DNA from: Octopus bimaculoides
Lineage: Eukaryota
Direction of reading: 5' to 3'
Length of the DNA stretch: 64,000 nt
NCBI RefSeq assembly: GCF_001194135.2
Contig: NC_068995.1
Coordinates: forward strand, 11,924,325-11,988,324
Position 1 is the first letter of the stretch, and each line of letters opens with the position of its first letter. The position numbers and the translations under genes were made by a program. Below are positions 39,340 through 52,400 of the stretch, piece after piece. Under the pieces are notes generated by a model. The model was not told where the DNA came from, searched no databases, and was given only the letters and a program-made list of their open reading frames with translations.

Positions 39340-39530
39340 AAACTTATTTCAGTCATTTGACTGTGGCCATGCTGGAGCACCGCCTTTAGTCGAGCAAATT
39401 GACCCCAGGACTTATTCTTTGTAAGTACTTATTCTATCGGTATTTTATGCCGAACCGCTAATTTGCGGGGACGTAAACGCACCAGCATCGGTTGTGAAGC
39501 GATGTTGGAGGGACAAACGCAGACACACAA
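39340..39530 (-). mobile_element. SINE family A, 3' half
   Basis: tttcagtcatttgactgtggccatgctggagcaccgcctttagtcgagcaaattgaccccaggacttattc...catcggttgtgaagcgatgttgg. Confidence 0.85.
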
Positions 39531-40193
39531 GCTACTTACCACACAACCACCCCTGCATACATACAAACAAAAATACCCTGTTGATGTTCTTGAAATTCCA
39601 ATGAAGGAGCCTTGAATATAGGTTAAAAAGCGGCTTTTTATTGGCAAGAAATTTTGAAACAAAACTAAATAACGTAAATACATACACACACACTCAGACG
39701 TGAGATGTGTATGTGTGTGTGTGTGTGTGTGTGTGTNNNNNNNNNNNNNNNNNNNNNNNNNNNNNNNNNNNNNNNNNNNNNNNNNNNNNNNNNNNNNNNN
39801 NNNNNNNNNNNNNNNNNNNNNNNNNNNNNNNNNNNNNNNNNNNNNNNNNNNNNNNNNNNNNNNNNNNNNNNNNNNNNNNNNNNNNNNNNNNNNNNNNNNN
39901 NNNNNNNNNNNNNNNNNNNNNNNNNNNNNNNNNNNNNNNNNNNNNNNNNNNNNNNNNNNNNNNNNNNNNNNNNNNNNNNNNNNNNNNNNNNNNNNNNNNN
40001 NNNNNNNNNNNNNNNNNNNNNNNNNNNNNNNNNNNNNNNNNNNNNNNNNNNNNNNNNNNNNNNNNNNNNNNNNNNNNNNNNNNNNNNNNNNNNNNNNNNN
40101 NNNNNNNNNNNNNNNNNNNNNNNNNNNNNNNNNNNNNNNNNNNNNNNNNNNTACATATATATATATATAATCATGCGTGTGTGAACGTATATA

Positions 40194-40246
<53 letters not shown>

Positions 40247-40736
40247 ACAGATGCCCTCACACTGTGTGTGTGTAAGGAAGAGATGAATATCTCTGGTAAA
40301 TTTCTTTTTGTCAGTGTCTTATTCATGAACGTAGACAGAAAACACAAGTGGATAGAAAGCCTGATATGAACGAAGGAACGAAAGAATGACACGAGAAAGA
40401 AATTTTAAGCGTATGAATTCGAAATCACCAGAGATGCTTGTGAATGGCGTGTTCTGACTGTAAAATGTGACAGATTCACTTCTCATTCAATTAAATATCA
40501 AACAAAATTATTAATAACATATTATTAGATTGTATTGTATTATATTATGACTATATTATTGTGTGTTCTTGTGTATCAGTTTATTTTATATTAAGTTCAT
40601 GTGTTAATAATAATAATAATAATAATAAGATGAATAATAATATAAATAGATTCTCGTATTTTACACATTGCAGTATAATTCATCGGCCATGTTAATTGAT
40701 TTGAATTTTACTTGTTTTATTATTATTATTATTATT

Positions 40737-41054
40737 GACGGACCGCAGTGGTCATGTGCTCTACGATTCCAAAGAGATGAGGTCAGTGTTCCGGCACCAT
40801 TTCACCGACCTGTCTTCGAGGAGTGGCATTCTTGACACAGCGGGCTTTGAGGCTCACCTCGAGGGTATGCCGATCCTATCGGACAAGGATATCGAAAGAA
40901 GCTCATTTCAGTGGAGGAAGTGGGAGATGCACTGGACGGCTGCTTGGCGCGCAACCCACCAGGAGTGGATGGTCTGCCCTATAAATTATATGTCTACATA
41001 TCTGGCTTGTTTTCTCCAGTTTTAATAGCTGTCTACTGCTCCTGGCAAACAGGA
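40737..41054 (+). mobile_element. Tx1/L1-clade LINE ORF2 internal fragment
   Basis: GC-rich island translating as ...FEAHLEGMPILSDKD / ISVEEVGDALDGCLARNPPGVDGLPYKLY...LFSPVLIAVYCSWQ, matching the xPGxDGLPYExY motif N-terminal to the RT core of L1/Tx1 ORF2. Confidence 0.7.
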
Positions 41055-41080
41055 TTATTATTATTATTATTATTATTATT

Positions 41081-41636
41081 GTTCAGTAGTTTTATTTTTA
41101 TAACGTGCTTTCACTTCACTACCGAGCACAGCTCTGTGCGCCTTGGGTATGTGCTGTGGTTTGCTGTGGTGCTTTTATGTTTACTGTATTGAAAGTGTTT
41201 TGCGTAGAATGTGTGCAGTACCCAGTAGTGCAATTTTCTGTATGTTACATATATTTGTAAGTCCTGGTATTTTTGTTATGTGTTTGTCTGAGTATTTTTT
41301 AATTATACCTAAGGCACCTACTATGATAGGAATTGTTTCTGTTTTTAGACTCCACATTCGAGTTATCTCTATTTCCAGGTCTTTGTATTTTGAAAGTTTT
41401 TCCATTTCTTTTCGAGAAACGTTGTCATCTGCTGGTATTGATACATCAATTAGAAAGCATTTTTTTCCTTCATGATCTTTGACAACTATATCTGGTCTAT
41501 TTGCCTTAATTTACAACTATATCTGGTCTATTTGCCTTAATTTACAACTATATCTGGTCTATTTGCCTTAATTGACAACTATATCTGGTCTATTTGCCTT
41601 AATTTACAACTATATCTGGTCTATTTGCCTTAATTT
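41081..41636 (-). mobile_element. R4/Dong-like non-LTR retrotransposon, 5'-truncated 3' end (restriction-like endonuclease domain plus 3' UTR)
   Basis: Stop-free frame on the - strand: IKANRPDIVVKDHEGKKCFLIDVSIPADDNVSRKEMEKLSKYKDLEIEITRMWSLKTETIPIIVGALG...IQKIALLGTAHILRKTLSIQ* (RPD...D...EK..KY RLE motif). About 100 bp of 3' UTR runs into (TAA)n. Confidence 0.85.
41482..41636. repeat. Tandem repeat, 5 x 31 bp (acaactatatctggtctatttgccttaattt)
   Basis: Units start at 41482, 41513, 41544, 41575 and 41606, with no spacers. Confidence 0.95.
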
Positions 41637-41643
41637 ACTATTA

Positions 41644-41708
<65 letters not shown>

Positions 41709-41714
41709 CATTAA

Positions 41715-42045
41715 AGCTGGCAAAAGGCGAGCTGGCTGAGTTGTTAGCTCGCAAGGACAAAATGTTCAGCCGCATTTCACCCGTCCTTACGTTCAGATTT
41801 CAAATGCCACCAAAGTCGACTTTGCGTCTCATTCCTTTAGGGTCGAAGAAATGAGTACTAGTCCGGTACTAGGGTGATTACGACCGACTATCCCCACCCC
41901 CAAATTTCAGGCCTTGTGCCTATACTAGAGGAATTGATTACAAGCGGCACAATGTTACCGAGCCGTACAAAATGATTACTGTCATTTGTTCCTTTTGAGT
42001 TCAAATCCCAAAATTGCAGGTCTTGTGCCAAAACTTGAAACCATT
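41715..42045 (+). mobile_element. SINE family B copy followed by an internally deleted copy
   Basis: ggcgagctggctgagttgttagc...gtcgactttgcgtctcattcctttagggtcg...caaatttcaggccttgtgcc; then a head+tail fragment ending ggtcttgtgccaaaacttgaaacc. Confidence 0.75.
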
Positions 42046-42074
42046 ACCGTGAACATGTTACTTAAATATCATGT

Positions 42075-42445
42075 CCAACATAGGCACAAGGCCTGGAATT
42101 TGGGGGATTGAGTTGATTACATCGACCCCAATGCTTAACTGGTACGTACTTTATCGACCCTTAAACGATGAAGGATAAAAATCTACCTCGGCGGAACTTG
42201 AACTCGAAACGTAAAGAAAGACAAAATACCGCTAAGCATTTTGCCCGGCGTGCTAACGCTTCTGCCAGTACTCTACCTTTAATGTTACTGAATAATGGTC
42301 TCAGATTTTGGCTCAAGATCTCAAATTTCGAGGGATGGAATAAGTCAATTATACCGACCTCAGAGCTCAACTGGTATTGTTTTATCGATTCCGATAGAGG
42401 AAATGCTAAGTTAAACTCGAAGGAATTTGAACTCAGAACGTAGTG
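42075..42445 (-). mobile_element. Two SINE family B copies
   Basis: ggcacaaggcctggaattt...acctcggcggaacttgaactcgaaacgtaaag...cccggcgtgctaacgcttctgccag (to ~42278), then a second copy to ~42445. Confidence 0.8.
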
Positions 42446-43113
42446 TTGATAATGCTTTGATAAATACATGAATGTTTTGTTTTATAAAAAAAAATATGAA
42501 TAAATTTCATGGATTACGCAGTGAATATTTAACAACGATGTAATTATTCCATAGTTACCTCCTAGAGGTCGCTTTGAGAGAATATTATATCTATGAGTTT
42601 CCTAACAGCAGTGTCGCGGTGGAAAAACTCAAGTACGAACCTGAGATATTTCAAATCATATTCAAACAAATTATTGACGCAACCAACGGTGGCTTTTCGA
42701 GGTCCTCAGCTGTTCCGTTTACTAATTTAACAATTAACCTCCCTGAATGCACAAAGTTAATAAAAAACAAACAAAAAAGCTAATATAATTCGTCTCTGTT
42801 AAAATACATAGGATTAGATTAGTGCAGAATCTTTCAGTTAATCCTATAATTAAGCATAAACTTCAAACAAACAATTACTTCCGTCATTATCGTTAACAAA
42901 AACTGTTTAAAATATGTGAACGAAATAATAACTAAATAAATTATTATTTCTCGAATTATAAGAAAATGTAATTAGACTGAAAAAGAAAATAAAGATGGAA
43001 AGCATATGCTTTTTCAATTAAGTAGATCGCGCGTCTTATGACATATATTGAGAATCACTAACGAAATTTAATCACACGTTCATTTTGTGGGTATATGTGT
43101 GTGTATAAGTACA

Positions 43114-43506
43114 TGTTGTTGTTGTTGGTACTCTGTCGGTTACTACGACGAGGGTTCCAGTTGATCCGATCAACGGAACAGCTTCCTCGTGAAATTAACG
43201 TGCAAGCGGTTGAGCACTTCACAGACACGTGTAACGTTAACGTAGTTCTCAGGGAGATTCAGCGTGACATAGAGTGTGACAAGACTGGCCCCTTTGAAAT
43301 ACAGGTACAACAGAAACAGGAAGAAAGAGTGAGAGAAAGTTGTGGTGAAAGAGTACAGCAGGGTTCGCCACCATCCACTGCCGGAGCCTCGTGGAACTTT
43401 AGGTATTTTCGCTCAATAAACACTCACGATGCCCATTCTGGGAATCGAAACCGCGATCCTACGACCCCGAGTCTGCTGCCCTAACGACTGGGCCATTGCG
43501 CCTCAA
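43114..43506 (-). mobile_element. SINE family C, full-length tRNA-derived SINE with (CAA)n tail
   Basis: The - strand begins ggcgcaatggcccagtcgttagggcagcagactcgggg...gcggtttcgattccc (A-box and B-box) and ends ...ggaaccctcgtcgtagtaaccgacagagtacc aacaacaac. Confidence 0.85.
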
Positions 43507-43989
43507 CACATGTACTCATGCACACACACAAACATACATTATATCTCTTTTAAAGTTATCTCTGGAGATATTCTGTAGAAATTAGAGCCTGCACTGAATG
43601 TTTACGACGTTTCGTATACGAATACTCAGTGTATACAATGCGATCGACAATAGAAAAATAGGTAATGGATATATATATATATATACATATAATTTTTAAT
43701 TATATTAAAGGGTATACGAGTATTCGTTTTGAATATTTACCCATTTACGTATGTACGTATATATAAATGCTAAATTTCCTTCAAAAAGTAAATATGACAT
43801 ATACTTTGAATTCCTTTGGTGTGAGGTAAACAAGGTCTACGTTGTAACTTCGCGATTGCAGAAACGTGTTTGTTTATTTTTAGAATGACATTGTACGTAA
43901 TGTGTGAGAGGCGAGATCTGTTCCGTTTAAACGTCTAACACAGGAAATATTTGAGTTGGATATAGCCGGTTGACATGCTGAAGGGCAAA

Positions 43990-44150
43990 ACAAGGATATA
44001 TTTGACAGTGTTGTTGTCCCTGCCATATTAAAAAAATATATAACAGAACCAAAAGAAAAAACACAGGTATTTCAAATGCTCGTGGCTGTAACAGCTTTGA
44101 TCAAATGTCTGCTCGATCCGGGGGTGACCTCGAACTAAACACCAATCGCA
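43990..44150 (+). mobile_element. SINE family D, 3' fragment
   Basis: ggctgtaacagctttgatcaaatgtctgctcgatccggggtgacctcgaactaaacacc. Confidence 0.5.
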
Positions 44151-45048
44151 AAACAACAGCAGAAATGGCACCAGAAAATCTAAATGCTTTAGCTGTAGAT
44201 ACACAATACACGCTTGAGTGCTACGTTGCGCCTTATGTAATCTTCTCAAAACCTTCACTACGGAATAATTCATTTGAATAGCGAGTCAGTTTATTGGAAG
44301 TGAAGTAATAAGCATGTGTAGAAAACAGCTAACTCTATAAGAATAAACGCGCCTATATGCAGAAGACNNNNNNNNNNNNNNNNNNNNNNNNNNNNNNNNN
44401 NNNNNNNNNNNNNNNNNNNNNNNNNNNNNNNNNNNNNNNNNNNNNNNNNNNNNNNNNNNNNNNNNNNNNNNNNNNNNNNNNNNNNNNNNNTATATATATA
44501 TATATGTATATATATGAGAATTGAGAATGTTCGTGTGTGTTTGTGCATGTACGCAAACACACTCGTGCATACTTTCATGTAATTACCGTTGCACGTATGC
44601 ATACGAAGATAACATCACAACTTACAAATTCGATCCATTAGCAGAAGCATAAAACTGTGTTAAGCTCTTTTATATATTCCTCCTTTGATTTATCCGGGTT
44701 TTTGTTGTATGAATGTTAACAAAGGAAGTTTTTCTTTCTAAGCAGCGGAGTTTCACTCACTTATCAAATAGAAAGGCAAAGAGTGAGATAAATATTAATG
44801 TGTAAAAGAAATCACAGAGCGGACGCATACATGTTTGTCACATAGATATACGTACAATACATTTAAACACACTCCACCACACACATAAATGCGTATATAC
44901 ACGCATATATATATCCTCGAATATTTATGTATATATATATATATATATAATATATATATGCAAGTATATATACATACATATGTGTATATATATACATATA
45001 TATATATATATGCAAGTATATATATGTGCGTATAATATATACACATGC

Positions 45049-45091
<43 letters not shown>

Positions 45092-45127
45092 AATAAAAGC
45101 ACACACACATTTTTATATATACACCAA

Positions 45128-45173
<46 letters not shown>

Positions 45174-45914
45174 TATCCACACACGTATATGTTTACGCAG
45201 ATTGGAAGCACACACTCAGAAAGCAGGCATTTGCATCGCAGGTTTTTGTCACACTTTTAAAAATCTTTCCCTGATTAAGCGATGCAATTGATCCGAAGAT
45301 AGAAGAAGAAAAATAATACCTGAGCTGTGATAATCATTGCACATGTCCCCATGACGTTGAAAATTCACGGATCACTTATTGCAAACGCCATTTAGAGTAT
45401 CAAACTTTTGCCATTAATCACCACAAGTAAACAAGCAGAAAAATATTGACCTTTTCCTCAACTTTCATTTACCGCACCTAAAAAGGTCATTAGAGGCAGT
45501 TATTTTCTCAGCATGTGCATATTTGAAATACTAAATACTTGACATATATTGAAGAAAGAGAGCAGAAACTTTTATATTTTGCTTGGGATTTTTAAAGATT
45601 TGCTTTAGAGTTTTGTTTCACTTTTGCTATTCCTTATAGTTTAAGATGCATGCTTCCCTCTCGAACGACCGCCTTTAAATATATCAAGCAAGCATAGCTG
45701 TGTCATTACAACTTAAACTCTTTAATATTTGTTGTTCTTGCCTCTTCTTGTTTTCCCAGGAATGCACTTATCCTTGTTTAAGGTTTCATAGTTTTTCGTT
45801 TTCTTGTTTTTTTTTTTTACATATATATTATTATTTTGTTGTCGAAGTTGTAGTAGGTTTTGATCCGGGGAAAAGAGTCTTACGTAGAAAGAATATGTGA
45901 TTAGAACCTTGAAT

Positions 45915-46033
45915 GTACGTATGTATGTATGTATGTATGTATGTATGTACGTACACATGCATGTATCTATCTGTCTGTCAATCTATCTATCTATCAATCT
46001 ATCTATCAGTCAGTCTATCCTCCTCTCTCTCTT

Positions 46034-46064
<31 letters not shown>

Positions 46065-46083
46065 CTCTCTCTTTCACTCTCTA

Positions 46084-46176
<93 letters not shown>

Positions 46177-46180
46177 ATAT
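45915..46180. repeat. Compound (TATG)n-(TCTA)n-(CT)n microsatellite
   Basis: Read directly. Confidence 0.95.
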
Positions 46181-46591
46181 ACGTATATGTATATACTAGA
46201 TACACACACACAGAAACACACACCTATATATATATATCAATACATTGACACACACAAATATCCATGCCTATATATAAACGTCTGTATAGAAGTATAAGGT
46301 GTGAGTTGGAATGGGTGAAAGTAAGAAAGAATAAGAAAGAGAGCGAGATTGTGTAAGGATGTATGTATGTATGTATGTAGGTAGGTAGTTACACACCTAT
46401 GTATGTATATATGTGTTAACATAAACCTTATATATATATATATATATATATATAAGCTTTATGTTAACATCCGCTGGGCATCTAATTTCCGAAACTGTGC
46501 ACAGTTTCTCCTTATCCCAAATCATTATATCAGGTCTGTTGTGCATACATTTGTGGAAAAATTTGAAACTATTGATGTTGTTATGGTTTAA

Positions 46592-46800
46592 GGCTGCGAG
46601 CTGGCAGAATCGTTTACACGCCGGGCAAAATGTTTATCGGTATTTCGCCCATCATTACGTTCTGAGTAAAAATTCCGCTGAGGTCGACTTTGCCTTTCAT
46701 CCTCTCGGGGTCGAGAAATTGAGCACCTGTGAAACACAGATCGATGGTGTCGACTAGGCCCCTCCCCACAAATCTCAGGCCTTGTGCCTATAGTATAAAT
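46592..46800 (+). mobile_element. SINE family B, full length
   Basis: ggctgcgagctggcagaatcg...ttctgagtaaaaattccgctgaggtcgactttgcctttcatcctctcggggtcgag...aaatctcaggccttgtgcctatag. Confidence 0.9.
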
Positions 46801-46916
46801 GATTATCATTGTTACGGTTTGAGGTTATTTTTGCTAGCATTATCATGCATACGTTGTTCCACTTGATTTCTGTCATTCCAAAAATTGTTATACTCTTCCA
46901 GTCAATCTGTCAGAAG

Positions 46917-47026
<110 letters not shown>

Positions 47027-47699
47027 TACTCACACACAAGCACAAACGAATTTATGTGTGTGTGCGTGCGCACGTGTGTTTGTACTCTTAAAGTTCACTG
47101 AGAATCAACACTATCAAATTAATAAAGATTTTATAACTTTTCAGTTTTTCTTTGATTCTATTTTCCATTCACATATATGTTAATTCATAGCTAAATGATC
47201 ACGCATGGGCAACCCAGATCTCCCAATTACATTTGCATGACACGAAACAATTAATTTACCAGGTTCTTTCGTGGTAAAAAATATGTTTAGTTCAAAAGTT
47301 TAGTTCAAAATACATATCTACAGCCTCAAGAAAGCTTTCAACAGTTGGCATCACTAGAATTCGGCATTCGGTCTTGTTTGCTACTATAGCAATTTGCTAG
47401 GTGCTTATATAAAACAATCCCCTTTTTATCTGACCTCTGATATTTAGTTCAAAGTTCCCCTGGTACACTTTTGGAGATGCGATGGTTTAGGAAATTAGCT
47501 AGAAAATTTGACGCAGCCCCTGTCGTGTTTCAACATGCGCTTGCAAATGATTTAGAAATAAAGTGAGACTCCATTATGTACTCTAGTACTCTAGTATTCT
47601 CTAGAGAGGTCTTTGGAGATCTTCTCAAGTGACATGCAGTGTGCGAGACCTAGCTAATGGGGGTTTCATTATCGAAATAGTATGATAAAGTTAGTTAAT

Positions 47700-47905
47700 G
47701 CGGCCAGCTTGCAAAACCGTTAGAAAGACGGGCAAAATGCTTAGCGATAGTTCGTCTGTCTTTACGTTCTGAGTTCCACCGAGGTTGACTTTGCCTTTTA
47801 ACAACCTTTCGGAATCGATAAAATAAGTACCAGTCGAGTACAATGTAATCGACTTACTCCACCCGTTAAATTGCTGATCTTGTGTGAAAATGTGAAACTA
47901 GTATA
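47700..47905 (+). mobile_element. SINE family B
   Basis: gcggccagcttgcaaaaccgttag...gggcaaaatgcttagc...gaggttgactttgcc...cctttcggaatcgataaaataagtaccag. Confidence 0.8.
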
Positions 47906-48611
47906 AATTTACTTAACTGGGTGCAAACCGGAACCTCAATACGATATCAATCCAAGAAGATACACGACACAAGAGATAATAAAATATTGCTGGTGACTCA
48001 CGCATTGGTACCTGCTAAAAGTGAGACATCTGATCAAAGATTGTTTGTCATATTCAAGAAAGTGCACGTACAACGTAACCCTTCAAGTATTACTGGCAAT
48101 ATTGAATTGATATAACAAAGTCTAATTTAAAAGTATTCTTTGGTGGCAGATTTTGGATCCCTAGAGTCTTTGACGTACAATTTAGGAACCCATGAACAGC
48201 GATTCATTATTTTATTCATCTCACAAACCACGAAGCATTTAATAGTGTTTCGGGAGAAAAAAACTGCGGAATCGGAACATTAATTTGCGGATACTCGAAC
48301 AGAAAACGGAAAAACATTATTATTTATACTGGAGTGGAATGTCATCATGAGAATATTGCAGAAAACGGAAAAATGTAATTGAGGAAAAGCATTGTAAAGA
48401 AAACAAACTGATCGGTATATAATCGCCAAAAATATTTATTTTCATCCGTCAACTCATATAAATGAAATGGTAGAAATTGTGAGAAAATAAATATACTGTA
48501 AATAAGTACGAGAAATACAACCATCAGTGATGCAATGAATGGAAGGAATATAACCGAGATTCTTAATGCTACAAATATTTGTTTTAAAGTCTGACATAAA
48601 GTGAATAATAC

Positions 48612-48679
<68 letters not shown>

Positions 48680-49951
48680 NNNNNNNNNNNNNNNNNNNNN
48701 NNNNNNNNNNNNNNNNNNNNNNNNNNNNNNNNNNNNNNNNNNNNNNNNNNNNNNNNNNNNNNNNNNNNNNNNNNNNNNNNNNNNNNNNNNNNNNNNNNNN
48801 NNNNNNNNNNNNNNNNNNNNNNNNNNNNNNNNNNNNNNNNNNNNNNNNNNNNNNNNNNNNNNNNNNNNNNNNNNNNNNNNNNNNNNNNNNNNNNNNNNNN
48901 NNNNNNNNNNNNNNNNNNNNNNNNNNNNNNNNNNNNNNNNNNNNNNNNNNNNNNNNNNNNNNNNNNNNNNNNNNNNNNNNNNNNNNNNNNNNNNNNNNNN
49001 NNNNNNNNNNNNNNNNNNNNNNNNNNNNNNNNNNNNNNNNNNNNNNNNNNNNNNNNNNNNNNNNNNNNNNNNNNNNNNNNNNNNNNNNNNNNNNNNNNNN
49101 NNNNNNNNNNNNNNNNNNNNNNNNNNNNNNNNNNNNNNNNNNNNNNNNNNNNNNNNNNNNNNNNNNNNNNNNNNNNNNNNNNNNNNNNNNNNNNNNNNNN
49201 NNNNNNNNNNNNNNNNNNNNNNNNNNNNNNNNNNNNNNNNNNNNNNNNNNNNNNNNNNNNNNNNNNNNNNNNNNNNNNNNNNNNNNNNNNNNNNNNNNNN
49301 NNNNNNNNNNNNNNNNNNNNNNNNNNNNNNNNNNNNNNNNNNNNNNNNNNNNNNNNNNNNNNNNNNNNNNNNNNNNNNNNNNNNNNNNNNNNNNNNNNNN
49401 NNNNNNNNNNNNNATATATATATATATATACATACACGCACACATATATATATATACATATATATATTTTCGAAGTATCTCGAAGCACAGATATAAAGCT
49501 ATAAATGATATATAAATATTGGGGTGTAAACGCATTTTGGATTGATAAAACGGCAGTAGCCATGGTGTAGTTTATTAATACACGTTGTGCTACAAACAGC
49601 AGGAGGAGATTAAGTGCACAGAACACACAATCCGTATAACTGACAGCAGAAAGCTATAACTATGATACAAAGTATTTACAACTACAAACGACCTTGAAAT
49701 AACGTGTTTTGTCTGAGGAGGAAAAAGAGAATCATTTGGCTTCATTCGAAAATTGTTTCTGTCTGTACCACCAAATCTATGAGTGGCTTTTCTTTCTTCT
49801 TACATTTTCCCCCTCTAGCACCATCTATAACTTATTTAAAATGAAAAGAATACTTTGTGTAATTTAATTAATTAATTCATTATATGCTCTTGCATTATAT
49901 CTATCTATCTATCTATCTATCTATCTACCTATCTATCTATCTATTTCTCTC

Positions 49952-49997
<46 letters not shown>

Positions 49998-50072
49998 NNN
50001 NNNNNNNTCTCTCTCTCTTTGCACTCTGTCTTCTCTTTCTCTTTCTCTCTCATGTTCTCTCTCTCTCTCTCT

Positions 50073-50117
<45 letters not shown>

Positions 50118-50453
50118 TTCAAATGTAGAGAAACGAAACGACAGAGATATATGCGTGAACCACAAGCATATGTATTAGTTCGTCGTTGGGGAAAAGTGGA
50201 AAGTCTTAGACGTTCAGATCCTACGCACTTCGACAGAAACTGAAAGGTATGAGAGGTAAAAAGATGGAGAAAGAGAGAAAAATTCGGAGAGAGAACTAAT
50301 TCGTATCAGAACTAACTAAAGGTTTCGTATTTTGAAATGACCACACACACACACACAAACACACACATACACACACATGCATACATACATCAATACATAC
50401 TTGCGTACCTACCTACATACATACATACATACATACATACATACATACATACA

Positions 50454-50484
<31 letters not shown>

Positions 50485-51387
50485 GTTTCGAAAGTATATG
50501 TTCGACTCTGAAGAAGTACAAAATGTTTAAAGAAGACAGTTCAGGAACTTTAAATTCTTAATATATATTAGATTTTGAATGCCTAAAGAGCATATGTATT
50601 TGCGCCAAGCACATATGATAGCGCTTTGGAGAGAAAGGGAAACCAAAAATTCACGGAATATATATATATATATATANNNNNNNNNNNNNNNNNNNNNNNN
50701 NNNNNNNNNNNNNNNNNNNNNNNNNNNNNNNNNNNNNNNNNNNNNNNNNNNNNNNNNNNNNNNNNNNNNNNNNNNNNNNNNNNNNNNNNNNNNNNNNNNN
50801 NNNNNNNNNNNNNNNNNNNNNNNNNNNNNNNNNNNNNNNNNNNNNNNNNNNNNNNNNNNNNNNNNNNNNNNNNNNNNNNNNNNNNNNNNNNNNNNNNNNN
50901 NNNNNNNNNNNNNNNNNNNNNNNNNNNNNNNNNNNNNNNNNNNNNNNNNNNNNNNNNNNNNNNNNNNNNNNNNNNNNNNNNNNNNNNNNNNNNNNNNNNN
51001 NNNNNNNNNNNNNNNNNNNNNNNNNNNNNNNNNNNNNNNNNNNNNNNNNNNNNNNNNNNNNNNNNNNNNNNNNNNNNNNNNNNNNNNNNNNNNNNNNNNN
51101 NNNNNNNNNNNNNNNNNNNNNNNNNNNNNNNNNNNNNNNNNNNNNNNNNNNNNNNNNNNNNNNNNNNNNNNNNNNNNNNNNNNNNNNNNNNNNNNNNNNN
51201 NNNNNNNNNNNNNNNNNNNNNNNNNNNNNNNNNNNNNNNNNNNNNNNNNNNNNNNNNNNNNNNNNNNNNNNNNNNNNNNNNNNNNNNNNNNNNNNNNNNN
51301 NNNNNNNNNNNNNNNNNNNNNNNNNNNNNNNNNNNNNNNNNNNNNNNNNNNNNNNNNNNNNNNNNNNNNNNNNNNNNNNNNNNNNNT

Positions 51388-51466
51388 GATCTTAGAAGAT
51401 AACGGCAGACGAAATACCGCTAAACATTTCGCCCGGCGTGCTAACGATTCTGCCATCTCGCCGCCC
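51388..51466 (-). mobile_element. SINE family B head; remainder lost in the adjacent gap
   Basis: cggcagacgaaataccgctaaacatttcgcccggcgtgctaacgattctgccatctcgccgcc. Confidence 0.8.
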
Positions 51467-52204
51467 TATATACATACGAACATACATACATACATACATA
51501 CATACATACATACATACATACATACATACATACATCGTTATATCCATTGTACTGTGACCTAGACAGATATGCATGCATGTGATTTCTAACATTATTCTTA
51601 ATAGTTTTATTACAAAAAGCTGTAAAAGCTATGTTGCGGATGAAACTGTAAAGTGCCGTCCTAAATGTCTTGACGTCTAAATATCATGCGGCATAAATGT
51701 CTTGCAATATTGAGTTATGTCCATTTGTAGTTCTGCGTTCAATCCTCGATGGATTTGGCTTTTTTCTTTTATCTCGCCGTTTTCGATAAAATAATTAGTA
51801 ATATCTCAAACTAGGTCGATTAATTGATTATGTTTTCCCCTCGCTCACTTTTTCTCAATCACGCAGGGACTCTCTCTCACACACACATACGCACACACAC
51901 ACACACAGAAAATCTATATTGTTCTGTCAATATAAGGAATGATATTAAAGTTATGCCTGCGCATGATAGCCAAAACACGAAAACAAAGCCAAAAACGAAA
52001 GCTCATCGTTTGTAACTTAATAATCCTATTAAGAGCGTTAACGAAATACAATATAACATCCTAGATAAATGTTAAATTTTCAATTAAATTAAATGGTCGA
52101 TGTCATCGCCGATGAATGTAATAGTTGCATTGATGAGAAACAATCTTTGATCGAAGGAGCAACAGGAAGGATCAATTTCCAGAAAACCATATGAGGAATT
52201 GTTG

Positions 52205-52400
52205 GCGTAGTAGCTCATCCTGCTCGAAATAGCAGCCAAATCGGTTTAGAATTACAGCCTAGAATTCTTTAAAACAAGAACAGGAAAATGATATTGTATA
52301 ATATAATCTGAGATAGAATGATAGGAAAAACCTGACATGGTCATGGCCGGAGTGATTTTACACATTATTAAGATCGACAGTGATAGACCTGGTCTTGCAA
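52205..52400 (+). mobile_element. SINE family D
   Basis: ctcatcctgctcgaaatagcagccaaatc...gacatggtcatggccggagtg...gatcgacagtgatagacctgg. Confidence 0.55.

Noticed and set aside
41482-41636. 31-bp direct repeats as a CRISPR array
   Set aside because: The repeats are contiguous with no spacers, derive from the retrotransposon ORF, and lie in eukaryotic DNA with no cas genes.
43430-43506. tRNA gene (A/B boxes on the minus strand)
   Set aside because: No complete cloverleaf; it continues directly into a SINE body and (CAA)n tail, so it is a SINE head.
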